From Chloropicon primus (Eukaryota): a stretch of 64,000 nt of DNA. Positions 36,067 through 46,068 of the stretch are shown piece after piece. The position numbers and the translations under genes were made by a program. Positions within the stretch are counted from its first letter, which is position 1, and each line of letters starts with the position of its first letter. A model generated the notes under the pieces. It was given only the letters and a program-made list of their open reading frames with translations. It was not told the origin of the DNA and did not search any database. The stretch is from NCBI GenBank assembly GCA_023205875.1, contig CP060761.1:558001-622000 (forward strand). The letters are read 5' to 3'.

Positions 36067-36322
36067 CGCACCCCTCAGGGCCTCTCGTCCTCGACCCAAT
36101 CCCTGCCTCCAATCCCTTCCTCGCCGAAGTCCTCGACCCAATCCTTCTCCAAACGAAACAAGCGACCACTCCTTCGAAAGATCAAGAGATGATCTTTCAA
36201 TCTATCTCCTCTCTTGGCGCTCTCCTTTCCGGTTACTACCTCCAGCCGGCGCCAAAGCCGCTGCAGTCCTCGTCCTCCGTCCTCCTCCTCCTCGACATCC
36301 ACATCTGCCGGCTCCTCATCCC

Positions 36323-39229
36323 ATGGACAATTTTGGTGGAACCGGAAGGGGAAGGAAACTGGAGAGAGGTGAGTGGTTTATGGATTGGTGGAGGACAAGG
36401 ACGAGGATTGGTGCGCTTGACAGCGATTGATTTCGAAACATTGTTTCGTGATCTTTCCAAAGAGTCCTCTCTTGAAACGAATGGCGTCGTATTGAGAATG
36501 TGAGAGAGTGAAACTGACTGGTGCTGGGTCTGGTCCTGGTTGAGGTAGGCTGGCCTAACTTGCAGGGGGAGGAGCACGTCGATGAGAGGGTGATGAGAAG
36601 GGGGAGCAAGACGTACATAGACTTGGCAACCCATAGCGACGACGAGGAGTTAGAGTTAGGAAGTATGCCTTTCGGAAGAAGTTCCTCGGCCAAGTACGAG
36701 GACGTGGATGCCTTGTATGGGTCAGAGGGGGGCAGGGCGACGTTCCACCTCAAGGAGGAGGAGCACCACCTCGAGGCATTGGAGAAGATGAACCGTTTCG
36801 AGTGCAAGGACTACGACATATGCGACTCGCAGCTCAACAAGCTCACAAACTCCGTCAAGTCCAAGAAGGAATACAACTTGAGGGAAGCTCTCTGTTGGCT
36901 CCTGCCCATCGTGATTGGGGTGTTGATGGGCATCACCGCCTTTGTTGTGGACATCGGCATCGAATGGGTCGTTACCTTTCGGTACGAGAGGACCAAGGAC
37001 AAGATCTACGCAAACAGCTCGAGCATTGCCCTGCCATTGTTCATATTCGTGTCCACGTCCGCGGCCTTCACTTGCGTTGCCGGCGGACTCGTCGCCTTCG
37101 TCGAGCCCCTCGCTGCTGGGTCGGGCATCCCTGAGGTGAAGACGTACCTCAACGGCGTAAGGATGAAGAACTTGCTTCACATCAAGACCCTCGTGGCCAA
37201 GCTTTGCGGGATCATGTTCTCCATAGGAGCGGGACTCATCGCAGGAAAGGAGGGGCCTTTTGTCCACGGTGGCGCCATTGTCGGGTCTGGAGTCTCGGCC
37301 ATGGCCAGCAAGGCCTTGGGCTGGAGGATCAATGGCAAGTACGCCAACCTTTTCAGGAATGACGTGGACCACAGGGAGTTCACGGCGATTGGCACTGCGG
37401 CTGGAGTGGCCACGGCATTTGGCGCTCCCATCGGCGGTGCCCTGTTTACCATCGAGGAGGGGTGCTCCTTCTACTCGACCTTTGTGTTCTGGAGGTGCTT
37501 CATCGCGACCTGCTCTGGCGTCCTGACCCTCCACGCTCTCGTGGAGGCGAGGCACACGACCTTTGATGTCTCCGAGGCGAAGCTCGGCAATCACAGGGAC
37601 TTCGGCCTGTACTCGGACGGCGATGCGAACTACGGGGAGGCGTTCTGGTACTACGTGTGGGAGTTCCCCGTGTTCGTGATTGTTGGCATCCTGGGAGGAT
37701 TGATGGGAGCCCTGTTCATCCACTTGAACGTCAAGATCACCATGTGGAGGAGGAAGCACATCCCGGTGGACAAGAGGAACAGAAGGTTCTACGAAGTTGT
37801 CGCGATTGCTGTCCTCACCTCCATCATCCTGTTCTCCTTCGCCAAGGCCTCGCCTTGCAGGACGCTGCCCGAAAACGCAGCCATCGAGGAGAAGTTCAAC
37901 GAAGAGGAGGCCGAGCTCTCGGGCGAGGACACGGTGAAGGAGGGGAGGCACATGTACTTCCCGAGGCTTTGGTGCGAGGAGGGCAAGTACAGTGTGTACG
38001 GGCAGCTGCTGATGGTCCCACTCTCCGAGGCGCTTCGGATGATCGTGCACTTGGGGGAGACGGTGGACTGCACAACCACCGGCTGCCAGTCTGAAATCTT
38101 CCCCTCCGCGTCGCTCTTCGTCTTCCTCGTCGTCATTTACCTGCTGATGACCCTGACATACGGAGTGAGCGCTCCCACGGGGCTCTTCGTGCCCAGTCTC
38201 GCGGTCGGAGCCGCGATGGGGCACTTGGTGGGCCAGATCCTTCAGAACAGCGTGGGCGCGGACAAGATCACGATCAACATGCACACGTACAGCATCTTGG
38301 GGGCTGCCGCCTCGCTCGGGGGAGCCACTAGAATGACCCTGAGCATTGCCGTCCTCGTGATGGAGACGACTGGCGCCATGCAGCTGATCGTCCCGATCAT
38401 GCTTGTCATCTTCATCTCCAAGATTGTCGGCGACTTCTTCAACGAGGGGATCTACGACACGCACATCCACATCCGCGGCGCTCCCTTGCTGGAGGAGAGC
38501 GGCCTGAGCTCCTCGCACAGGATGATCACCGAGAAAGTTTCGATTGGGGACGTGGCAAAGAAGGAGCTCGTCGTGCTGCCCAGCAAGATTCAGGTGAGGT
38601 CCCTGGTCGAGATCCTGAAGAACTGCAGCCACAACAGCTTCCCCATCGTCAACGGGGCCGAGAAGTCCAAGATGGTCATCGAGGGGTCCATCTCGAGGGT
38701 CGTGCTGTACAAGATGCTTGAGCATAGGCTGGGCCTGTACAACAACGCTTCCACGGCGGAGGGCGGCGAGGAGGAGGCATCCGGTGTGATGAGCGAGGAC
38801 TTGGATACCAAGTACGTCTTGCCAAAGGATCAGAGGAGGAGGAGGAACCTGCAAAACAAGCTGGAGCCAAGGATTGACGGGGAGCCCTTGCACCTGGATC
38901 TCCTCGAGTTCGAGCTGAACCAGGAGAACTTCCTGGAGTCCCACGTCTACGTGGACATGACCCCCTTCATGCAGCAGAACCCCTTCGTGCTCTCGCCGGA
39001 CACGAGCCTGAGTCGAGCGTACCACCTGTTCCGAACCATGGGTCTGCGTTACTTGTTAGTTGGCCACGCCCAGCCAGTGGTCTCGGGCATCATCACCAGG
39101 AAGGACCTCACCGAGGAGCACATCAAGATCTCCATTGGGAAGAAGGTGAGGAGGAGGATGAAGTCCAAGGCCACCGAGGACGCCGAGGACGTCGGTGAGC
39201 GCTCTGCCAACGACACCACCGGCAACTAA
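36323..39229 (+). CDS. CLC anion/H+ antiporter with CBS domains (candidate exon 36323-36368 plus 36549-39229; alternative start 36593)
   Basis: GSGIPE, GKEGP, TIEEG, PTGLFVP, GIYD and C-terminal CBS pair (FRTMGLR). Confidence 0.94.
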
Positions 39230-39332
39230 GCGTCCGCGGGGTTACACAACCACAACAAAACCGAGTTATTCAATGTACACATTTCTTAATCTATAAATAA
39301 CAGCTCCCAACTTGCCCTTCAGAGGGTCCAAC

Positions 39333-39447
39333 TCAAGTCCTCTTGCCTTCCTCCACCTTCCTCTCCTCCTCCTCCTTGGGAGAGGTCACCATACTTCCCA
39401 GGAAAGCAATGCCAGCAACACCTGGAGCAATCCATGGTCACGTCAGT

Positions 39448-39489
<42 letters not shown>

Positions 39490-39776
39490 GATGGGATGGG
39501 ATGAAGTGACTCACACAAGACGCCGGACCACGCGTAACCCTGGTACTTGGAATACCTCCTCGCTGCGTAAGCCCACTGCTCGCCTATTGTGGGGACCTTG
39601 CTCGGGTCGGTAGCAGCAAACGGCTTGTTCATCTTGTCGTACTTGGAGCTTGGCGCCATCTTGGCCATCCTGTCGAAGTCTTGATTCCAAGGGAGTTCTG
39701 GTTCATCTGCGTTCCTCGAGGACGCACTCGCGCTCCCCTTGCCTTCGCCTCTCGTCGTCGTCGACTTGTCCGCCAT
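39333..39776 (-). CDS. Small single-pass membrane hypothetical protein (exons 39776-39515, 39421-39333)
   Basis: Splicing a (CT)n-rich GTGAGT..CCAG intron gives YAWSGVLCVAGIAFLGSMV followed by a charged tail and TGA. Confidence 0.7.
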
Positions 39777-40010
39777 CTCCAGGCAGAGATTGAGGATTTT
39801 GAGCGAGCAGCTTCAGAAAAAAGTAACAGATGGATATGAGGTGATGATGTGATGATGGTGGTGGTGGGGTGGAGGCCAAGGGAGGATAGTGAAAGAGGTT
39901 GGGATGGTCCATTCCGTTCCTGCATCATGTCACCCTACAGAGTTGTACAAAACAATAAAGAATATTACAACAAAACACACACCATAAATTATTTTCGGAT
40001 CGAGTGGTGC

Positions 40011-43000
40011 CTAGGCGTGGGTGACACGCTTCGTTCCCCCGCCTTGGTCGCCACCATGCTCAAAGACGCTGTAAATTCCCTCGAGCCTCTGCCTCTCCGG
40101 GGCGCTCACGGAGGGCCTGGAGGAAAACAGGGCGTCCTGGAGCTCCTGATCGCTCACAGAGGGCTTGGAGGCCACCAGTGAGTCGTCGTCCTCGATCTGC
40201 CTCTGGACGGCCATGAGCTCCGCCTCCCCCAGCATCCCCATAAGGTCCGCCCCGCTGTACCCCGCGGTCTTGCTGGCAATGTCGGCCAAGACGTGCTCGG
40301 AGACGCCAGACATGCCCTGGGACAAGATCTCAAACCTCTCCTGGTGGCTCGGAAAGTCGAGCTTGATCCTCACGTCCAGCCTCCCCGGCCGGAGAAGGGC
40401 GGCATCCACGAGGTCTGGCCTGCTGGTCGCGGCGAGGACGAAGACGCCCACGAGGGACTCGATTCCATCCAGCTCCGTCAGAAACTGGTTGACCACCCTG
40501 TCGGTCACGCCAGTGGAGTCGTGCCCGCGTTTCGGAGCGATGGCATCGAACTCGTCGAAGAAGAGCATGCAGGGGCTGGCCCCGCTGGCCTTCTCGAAGA
40601 GCTCCCTCACCCCCGCCTCGCTCGCGCCGATGTACTTGTTGAGGAGCTCGGGACCCTTCACGCTGATGATTCTCAAGTTGCAGATTTTGGCCGCGCACCG
40701 GACCAAGAAGGTTTTGCCGCACCCGGGCGGGCCGTACAACAAGGCGCCCGTCCTCAGCCTGAGCGGACACTTGTCGATGAGATCCTTGTACTTGGAAGAG
40801 AAGCTGAGGAGGTCCTCCAGCTGGGCTTTGGCCTTCGTCATCCCCACAATGTTGTCCCAGGACTTGACGCTGTCGTCCCCGTCCGAGATTTGCGAGGTTC
40901 CTCGGGCCTTGGAAGGAACGTAGCTCTTTAGAATCGATTCCATCTGGCCGCCAGAGATCGCCAGCCCCGCGTGCCGCCCGGGGCCCCCGTGGCGCTCCGT
41001 GAGATTCTGCAGTCCCCGGTGCATCGCGAGCTCCACGAGGGCTTCCACGTCGAGAACGTCGAGACCGTCGCAGTTCTCCTCCAGGTGGCTCAGGACGTCT
41101 GGCCCCACGTGAATTCTCTTGGCACCCGCCAACCTTTCGAAGATCTCCACCTTCTGCTTTCTGCTCGGCATTGGCATCGCAAAATGGCTGTCGAAGCATC
41201 CAGACTTCTTGAGGCTCTTGTGCACGTTGTCAAGACTCCTGGCCGTCCCAAGGAAAGAAATTCTGTGGCGCTCCTCCCTCACACAATCCGTGAGGTGGGA
41301 CAGGTATTCTGCAAACACGCAAAACTGGAACGTCTCCATGGACGCTTGCCCGTCCCCGAGGGACGACGCAAAAATGTCAATGTTCTCGAACACGACGAGG
41401 GCGGGCTGGCACTCCACCGCCTTGGACAACGAGACCCGCATGTCCTTCTTCATCTTTTCCAGGTCCATGTTCATGTAATCCTGGCAATCAAGCCACACGA
41501 CCTTGCTCAAAAACTTGGTGCTCGAAAACTTGTCGCAGATGCTCTGGCACAGGACGGTCTTCCCGCTCCCGCTGGGGCCGCAGACCAGCACCCCGCCAGG
41601 GAACTGAATCGAACGACTCAAGAATTTAGAGCTCAGGTCATTGTCCAAGGCCATCTGGAGAGTTTCAACGCAGCTGTCTCTCGCAGAGACCAGCCAAGGG
41701 GAGTTGAGATAATCCCTCTTCTGCCCTTCCCTCGTCCCAGTGCAGAACCCCAGGCCCCCCGAACAATCCAAGTCCGATAGCCGCTGCCCCATCGAGATTT
41801 CCATCTCCACGCTGCTCAGCGCGCGGACGGCGACGTGCTCCAGTGAACCCACGTCATCCAGCGTGTCATCAGGGCTCGATGCAGACACGCTGTTGATGTG
41901 GAGCTTCAATCCCCTGCCCCCGTTGGCATCGTCGCAGGCCTCCACGATCATGCCCTTGGAAAGCACCAGGAAATCGCCTTGGTCGTTCTCGGCGGTGGAG
42001 TCCTTGAATTTCTTTAGAATGCTCTTGACAATCCGTTCGCTGGTGCTTGCGTCTGCCACCAGCTTGAAGGGCTTTTCCTCGTCGCCCCCCTCTTCTTCGA
42101 GGCTCTCGTCCACCTGCGCCTCTTGGTCTTTCTGATCAACCACCTCGCTCACCTCCATGCTGAAGCTCACTGCCTCCCTGGCACTCTCCTGCTCGCAATC
42201 CACCGGCAAAACCAACACCCGTTGAAGGTTCTCGACTCCGAGGGAGAGAAACAGCCCAGGGGCGAGAGCCAAGTGGCCTTCGGGCACCGCGGCCTTGGCC
42301 ACGAGTCGGAGGCACAGAGACGCGTGCCTTCTGGGCCCCTTCGCGTCGTTGCCGCCCTCCAAAGATTTTGGAACCACTTTCACTAGAACGGACTCAATCT
42401 CGTCGCCGCCAGGGCTTTTGCCATTCGCTTGGTCCCTCTCCCCGACCCCCAGATCCCGCACCACGTCCGGAGCCGCAAAGCCTGTGATGTCCCAGACCAC
42501 CAAGGCCTCGCCCGCCTCCCCCTCGGAGTTGAGGACGGCCTCCTCCCCGAGATCCAAGATCGGCAGGATATCCCTCGTCAGGCAAAGAAGCCTGGCCTCC
42601 GTGGGTCGCCTCGATGCGCCCCCGCCGCCAGCAACAGGGGTCCTCTTCGCCTCCTTCCTCTTGCTCACCGTCTCGAGGGGCTCCATGACAACAAGCTCAG
42701 TTCCCGATCGTATCATGCCTTGACTCGACGTGCTCCCATCAGAGAACTCAAGCGACCGCACCGTGAAGTGTGCAATCTTGTTGGTCCCGTCAACCCAGAC
42801 GGGAAAGCTTCCCCCCACAGTAAGCAACCCAACCTGATTCAGGACATCCCCATCCTCCGCTGCCTTGGAGGAGATGCTCACAGCCGCGTAGTCCCCTTCC
42901 GTCTTCGGCACGACCACCGCACGACTCGCGGTTGGCACATCAGCCTCCTGCACCCGAAACCACATCCGTTCCCGAAGCCCCAAGCTCTCCGCAAGCTCCT

Positions 43001-43211
43001 TGGACACCTCCATACCACCTTCTCCCTTGGCCTTCTGCCCAGCAAAAGCAACTTTGTGTCTCCTGCATGGAGGCTGAAGCTCCACGATCTCCAGCGGTAT
43101 CGGGAACTTCTTCGTTCCGGAGACTTCGCACAAGTATTGACACAAGGACGGAGGCAATGCAACGAAGGAGTCCCGCTTCCATCCCGCTACCCTCACGCAG
43201 ACACGCTCCAT
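40011..43211 (-). CDS. PEX1: Peroxisome biogenesis AAA ATPase PEX1
   Basis: Two AAA modules (GPSGSGKT; GPPGCGKT), PLRLRTG, KGPELLNKYIGASE and RGHDSTGVTDRVVNQ. Confidence 0.95.
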   Translation of the reverse strand: MERVCVRVAGWKRDSFVALPPSLCQYLCEVSGTKKFPIPLEIVELQPPCRRHKVAFAGQKAKGEGGMEVSKELAESLGLRERMWFRVQEADVPTASRAVVVPKTEGDYAAVSISSKAAEDGDVLNQVGLLTVGGSFPVWVDGTNKIAHFTVRSLEFSDGSTSSQGMIRSGTELVVMEPLETVSKRKEAKRTPVAGGGGASRRPTEARLLCLTRDILPILDLGEEAVLNSEGEAGEALVVWDITGFAAPDVVRDLGVGERDQANGKSPGGDEIESVLVKVVPKSLEGGNDAKGPRRHASLCLRLVAKAAVPEGHLALAPGLFLSLGVENLQRVLVLPVDCEQESAREAVSFSMEVSEVVDQKDQEAQVDESLEEEGGDEEKPFKLVADASTSERIVKSILKKFKDSTAENDQGDFLVLSKGMIVEACDDANGGRGLKLHINSVSASSPDDTLDDVGSLEHVAVRALSSVEMEISMGQRLSDLDCSGGLGFCTGTREGQKRDYLNSPWLVSARDSCVETLQMALDNDLSSKFLSRSIQFPGGVLVCGPSGSGKTVLCQSICDKFSSTKFLSKVVWLDCQDYMNMDLEKMKKDMRVSLSKAVECQPALVVFENIDIFASSLGDGQASMETFQFCVFAEYLSHLTDCVREERHRISFLGTARSLDNVHKSLKKSGCFDSHFAMPMPSRKQKVEIFERLAGAKRIHVGPDVLSHLEENCDGLDVLDVEALVELAMHRGLQNLTERHGGPGRHAGLAISGGQMESILKSYVPSKARGTSQISDGDDSVKSWDNIVGMTKAKAQLEDLLSFSSKYKDLIDKCPLRLRTGALLYGPPGCGKTFLVRCAAKICNLRIISVKGPELLNKYIGASEAGVRELFEKASGASPCMLFFDEFDAIAPKRGHDSTGVTDRVVNQFLTELDGIESLVGVFVLAATSRPDLVDAALLRPGRLDVRIKLDFPSHQERFEILSQGMSGVSEHVLADIASKTAGYSGADLMGMLGEAELMAVQRQIEDDDSLVASKPSVSDQELQDALFSSRPSVSAPERQRLEGIYSVFEHGGDQGGGTKRVTHA

Positions 43212-43250
43212 CGAGACCAAACCAAACCAATCCAATCCAATCCAATCCTC

Positions 43251-43980
43251 CTGCTGACACAACAAACGAATTCGTTCCTCGTTCCTTTGTCAATCCTTTC
43301 GACCGAGGAGTCTAACGAAAGCCAAGACCACGAAGCTTCCGCCTGTCACCCACACCCTCTCGTCCTACCTCGCCCTCGCCTCCTAGAGCGCCCTCCGCAA
43401 CCCTCTGTCTTTTTTTGTGTTCGCCTCCCTCTCCTGTCGAGTTGACAGACTGAAGGTGAAGGTGAGTGACGCGTTCTAAGGGACGAGGAGGGAGAGGGCG
43501 AGGAAAGTGGCGAGGGTGTGGGTGACAGGCGGAAGCGTCGTGGTCTCGTCTTTCGTTAGACTCCTCGGTCGAAAGGAATGACCAAGGAATGAGGATTTAG
43601 GACTGAAAAACGATTGCTTTCTCTTCCAAGGGAGACAGACAGGGGAGAGGTTGCGGAGGGCGCTCTGGTCGAGGAGGGCGAGGTAGGACGAGAGGGTGTG
43701 GGTGACAGGCGGAAGCATCGTGGTCTTGGCTGTCGTTAGACTCCTCGGTCGAAAGGAATGACCAAGGAATGAGGATTTAGGACTGAAAAACGATTGCTTT
43801 CTCTTCCAAGGGAGACAGACAGGGGAGAGGTTGCGGAGGGCGCTCTGGTCGAGGAGGGCGAGGTAGGACGAGAGGGTGTGGGTGACAGGCGGAAGCATCG
43901 TGGTCTTGGCTGTCGTTAGACTCCTCGGTCGAAAGGATTGACAAAGGAACGAGGAACGAATTCGTTTGTTGTGTCAGCAG
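43251..43980. repeat. ~155-bp inverted repeat (43251-43407 / 43826-43980) enclosing ~2.5 tandem 180-bp units
   Basis: CTGCTGACACAACAAACGAATTCGTTCCTCGTTCCTTTGTCAATCCTTTCG.. is mirrored at the right end. CTCCTCGGTCGAAAGGA at 43561, 43741 and 43921. Confidence 0.95.
43296..43575. promoter_or_regulatory. Type example of an outward-facing pair of CTTTCG-N14-CGAAAG dyads (43296-43321, 43550-43575)
   Basis: Both copies have perfect arms and an exact 14-nt spacer. They lie in the PEX1/SCCPDH divergent promoter. Function is inference. Confidence 0.6.
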
Positions 43981-44106
43981 TGGACGAACGCTTGGCGGAG
44001 AGTGGAAGACAAAAGCATCGGACGGGTCATCTTTTCCTCTTTCGAGTGAGTGAAGGGGAAGGTGTTTGGGATCCATCCATCGATCGATCGTACGGCGTTG
44101 GGCGCC

Positions 44107-45396
44107 ATGAAGAGTCGAGAGTATGATATTGTTGTGTTCGGAGCGACGGGGTTCACGGGCGAGTACATCCTCAAGGAGGTGGCCAAGTCGAGCTCGACCT
44201 CGTTGCGGATTGCTGCGGCGGGAAGGACGGCAACGAAGGTGGAGAGTGTCATCGAGAGAGTGACTCCAGCAGAGAGGCAAGTCAAGTGCATTGTGGCTGA
44301 CGTGAATGATGTGGAGAGTCTGTTTGAGATGGCAAGAAGGACAAAGTTGGTGATCAATGCCGTGGGCCCTTACAGGAAGTACGGAGAGAACGTGGTCAAG
44401 GCATGCGTGGAGTGCTCCACTCACGTGCTGGATATTTGTGGAGAGCCAGAGTTCATTGAGAAGATGGATATGTTGTATGGAGGAGAGGAGGGATTGGCGG
44501 CGAAGAACGGATGCTATGTCGTGTCGGCGGTTGGATTCGATAGCGTGCCGTGCGATCTTGGCACGCTCCACAACCAGAGAGAGATGGAGAAGCTGGGTTG
44601 GGTGCCTTCGTCGGTGTCGAGCTATCTCTCGGTGTCCTCGGGGAGTGCTGGTATGGCGGTGCACTACGCGACGTGGGAAGCTCTCGTCCTTGGCTTTGCG
44701 AACGCTGGGAACTTGAAGTCGATAAGAAAGAGCGTGAGCGAGAGGAACGCAAAGTGTCCCGGGGAAGCCGTCGCGCCTGTCGGTCCAAAGCCGAAGCGAG
44801 CCTCCGGTGCGGTCTGGAACGAGAGGCTGAAGAGTTGGGCCCTGCCTTTCCTCGGCAGCGACGCCAGCGTCGTCAGGAGAACTCAGAGAGCCCTCGGATT
44901 GAGAGGGATGTCCCCCGTGCACCACTCTTGCATGTTCACAGTGCAGAGCCGGACGACCGTGGGTCTCTTTGGAATGTTCGGCGCCATGATGAAGCAGCTC
45001 ATCAAGAGTGGTTTCGGGAGGAACATGTTGCTCTCCCACCCCTCGTGGTTTTCCTGGGGATTATTCTCGCACAAGGGACCCACCAAGGAGCAGATCGACC
45101 AGACCAGCTTCGAGTTCACGTTCGTTGGGAAGGGCTACGGCTCCAAGAGCTCTGCGGATTCAGGAGGCAAGCAAGACAAATTCCTTGTGACGACACTCAG
45201 CGGACCGGAGCCAGGGTACGTCGCCTGCTCGGTATTCATAGCGGAGGCCGCCTACACGGTCCTCGAAGAGGACCTGGAGCAGCATTGTGGATTTGGCGTC
45301 AGGACGACTGGTGAGCTCTTCTCTCACTCCACTTACCTTGACAGGCTGCAAAAGAACGGCATCTCGATCACCAATGCCGAGTCCGGTGACTTGTGA
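44107..45396 (+). CDS. SCCPDH: Saccharopine dehydrogenase-like oxidoreductase
   Basis: YDIVVFGATGFTG, NAVGPY, DICGE, GFDSVPCDLG and GPEPGY. Confidence 0.92.
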   Translation: MKSREYDIVVFGATGFTGEYILKEVAKSSSTSLRIAAAGRTATKVESVIERVTPAERQVKCIVADVNDVESLFEMARRTKLVINAVGPYRKYGENVVKACVECSTHVLDICGEPEFIEKMDMLYGGEEGLAAKNGCYVVSAVGFDSVPCDLGTLHNQREMEKLGWVPSSVSSYLSVSSGSAGMAVHYATWEALVLGFANAGNLKSIRKSVSERNAKCPGEAVAPVGPKPKRASGAVWNERLKSWALPFLGSDASVVRRTQRALGLRGMSPVHHSCMFTVQSRTTVGLFGMFGAMMKQLIKSGFGRNMLLSHPSWFSWGLFSHKGPTKEQIDQTSFEFTFVGKGYGSKSSADSGGKQDKFLVTTLSGPEPGYVACSVFIAEAAYTVLEEDLEQHCGFGVRTTGELFSHSTYLDRLQKNGISITNAESGDL

Positions 45397-46068
45397 TTAC
45401 GATGATTATTATTGCTGCCTGCTGTCATCCCTCATCACCTTCACTCTCCACCACCACCATCAATATCAATAGCCTTCCTCGACGCCATTCCTTGCAAGCG
45501 AGGGCTCTTTGGAAAGAGCAAGAGGCAAGCCCTCGACCCATTCGCGTGCCACCCATCCCCCGTCCCCTCCTCCTCCTCGGCATCCACTATCCACCACTGT
45601 CACCCCTCCTCCTCTGCTGCTGGAGATCCCCCGCGTCCATCGGTTCGGAGACAGAAGGAGCAGAGCAGAAGAGGAAGCGACAGCCAAGAGAGAGAGAGAG
45701 AGAGAGAGAGAGGAAAGAGAGAAGAGCGGAGGGAGGCAAGGCAACGCGGAGGATTCGCTGCCTCGACGGACGGAGCGGACCTTCTCACACACCACACCAC
45801 ACCACAACGCAACAACAAACCACGACGCAGACAGACAGACAGAGAGAGACAGACAGAGAGAGAGAGAGAGAGAGGGAGGACTCTTGAGTTCAGCGGAAGG
45901 AAGGGGAAGAGTATTGGATTCTGTTCTCCTCGATCGTCTTCACGAGGACGGGACTCGTGTTATTGAGAGAACCTCTCAATTTCATTCATTCATTGGTTCA
46001 TTCATTCGTTGATCAATACATCAGCGTTGCTCCTCCTCTTCAACAACAACAATAACATCAACATCATC

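Noticed and set aside
36722..39025. 767-aa antisense ORF opposite CLC (similarly 46690-48591, 55165-57429, 61625-63286, 25904-27283)
   Set aside because: Shadow ORFs expected from GC3-rich codon bias on the coding strand. No recognisable domains.
43476..43980. Regularly spaced repeats resembling a CRISPR array
   Set aside because: Whole 180-bp units are duplicated with no unique spacers, there are no cas genes, and the context is eukaryotic.
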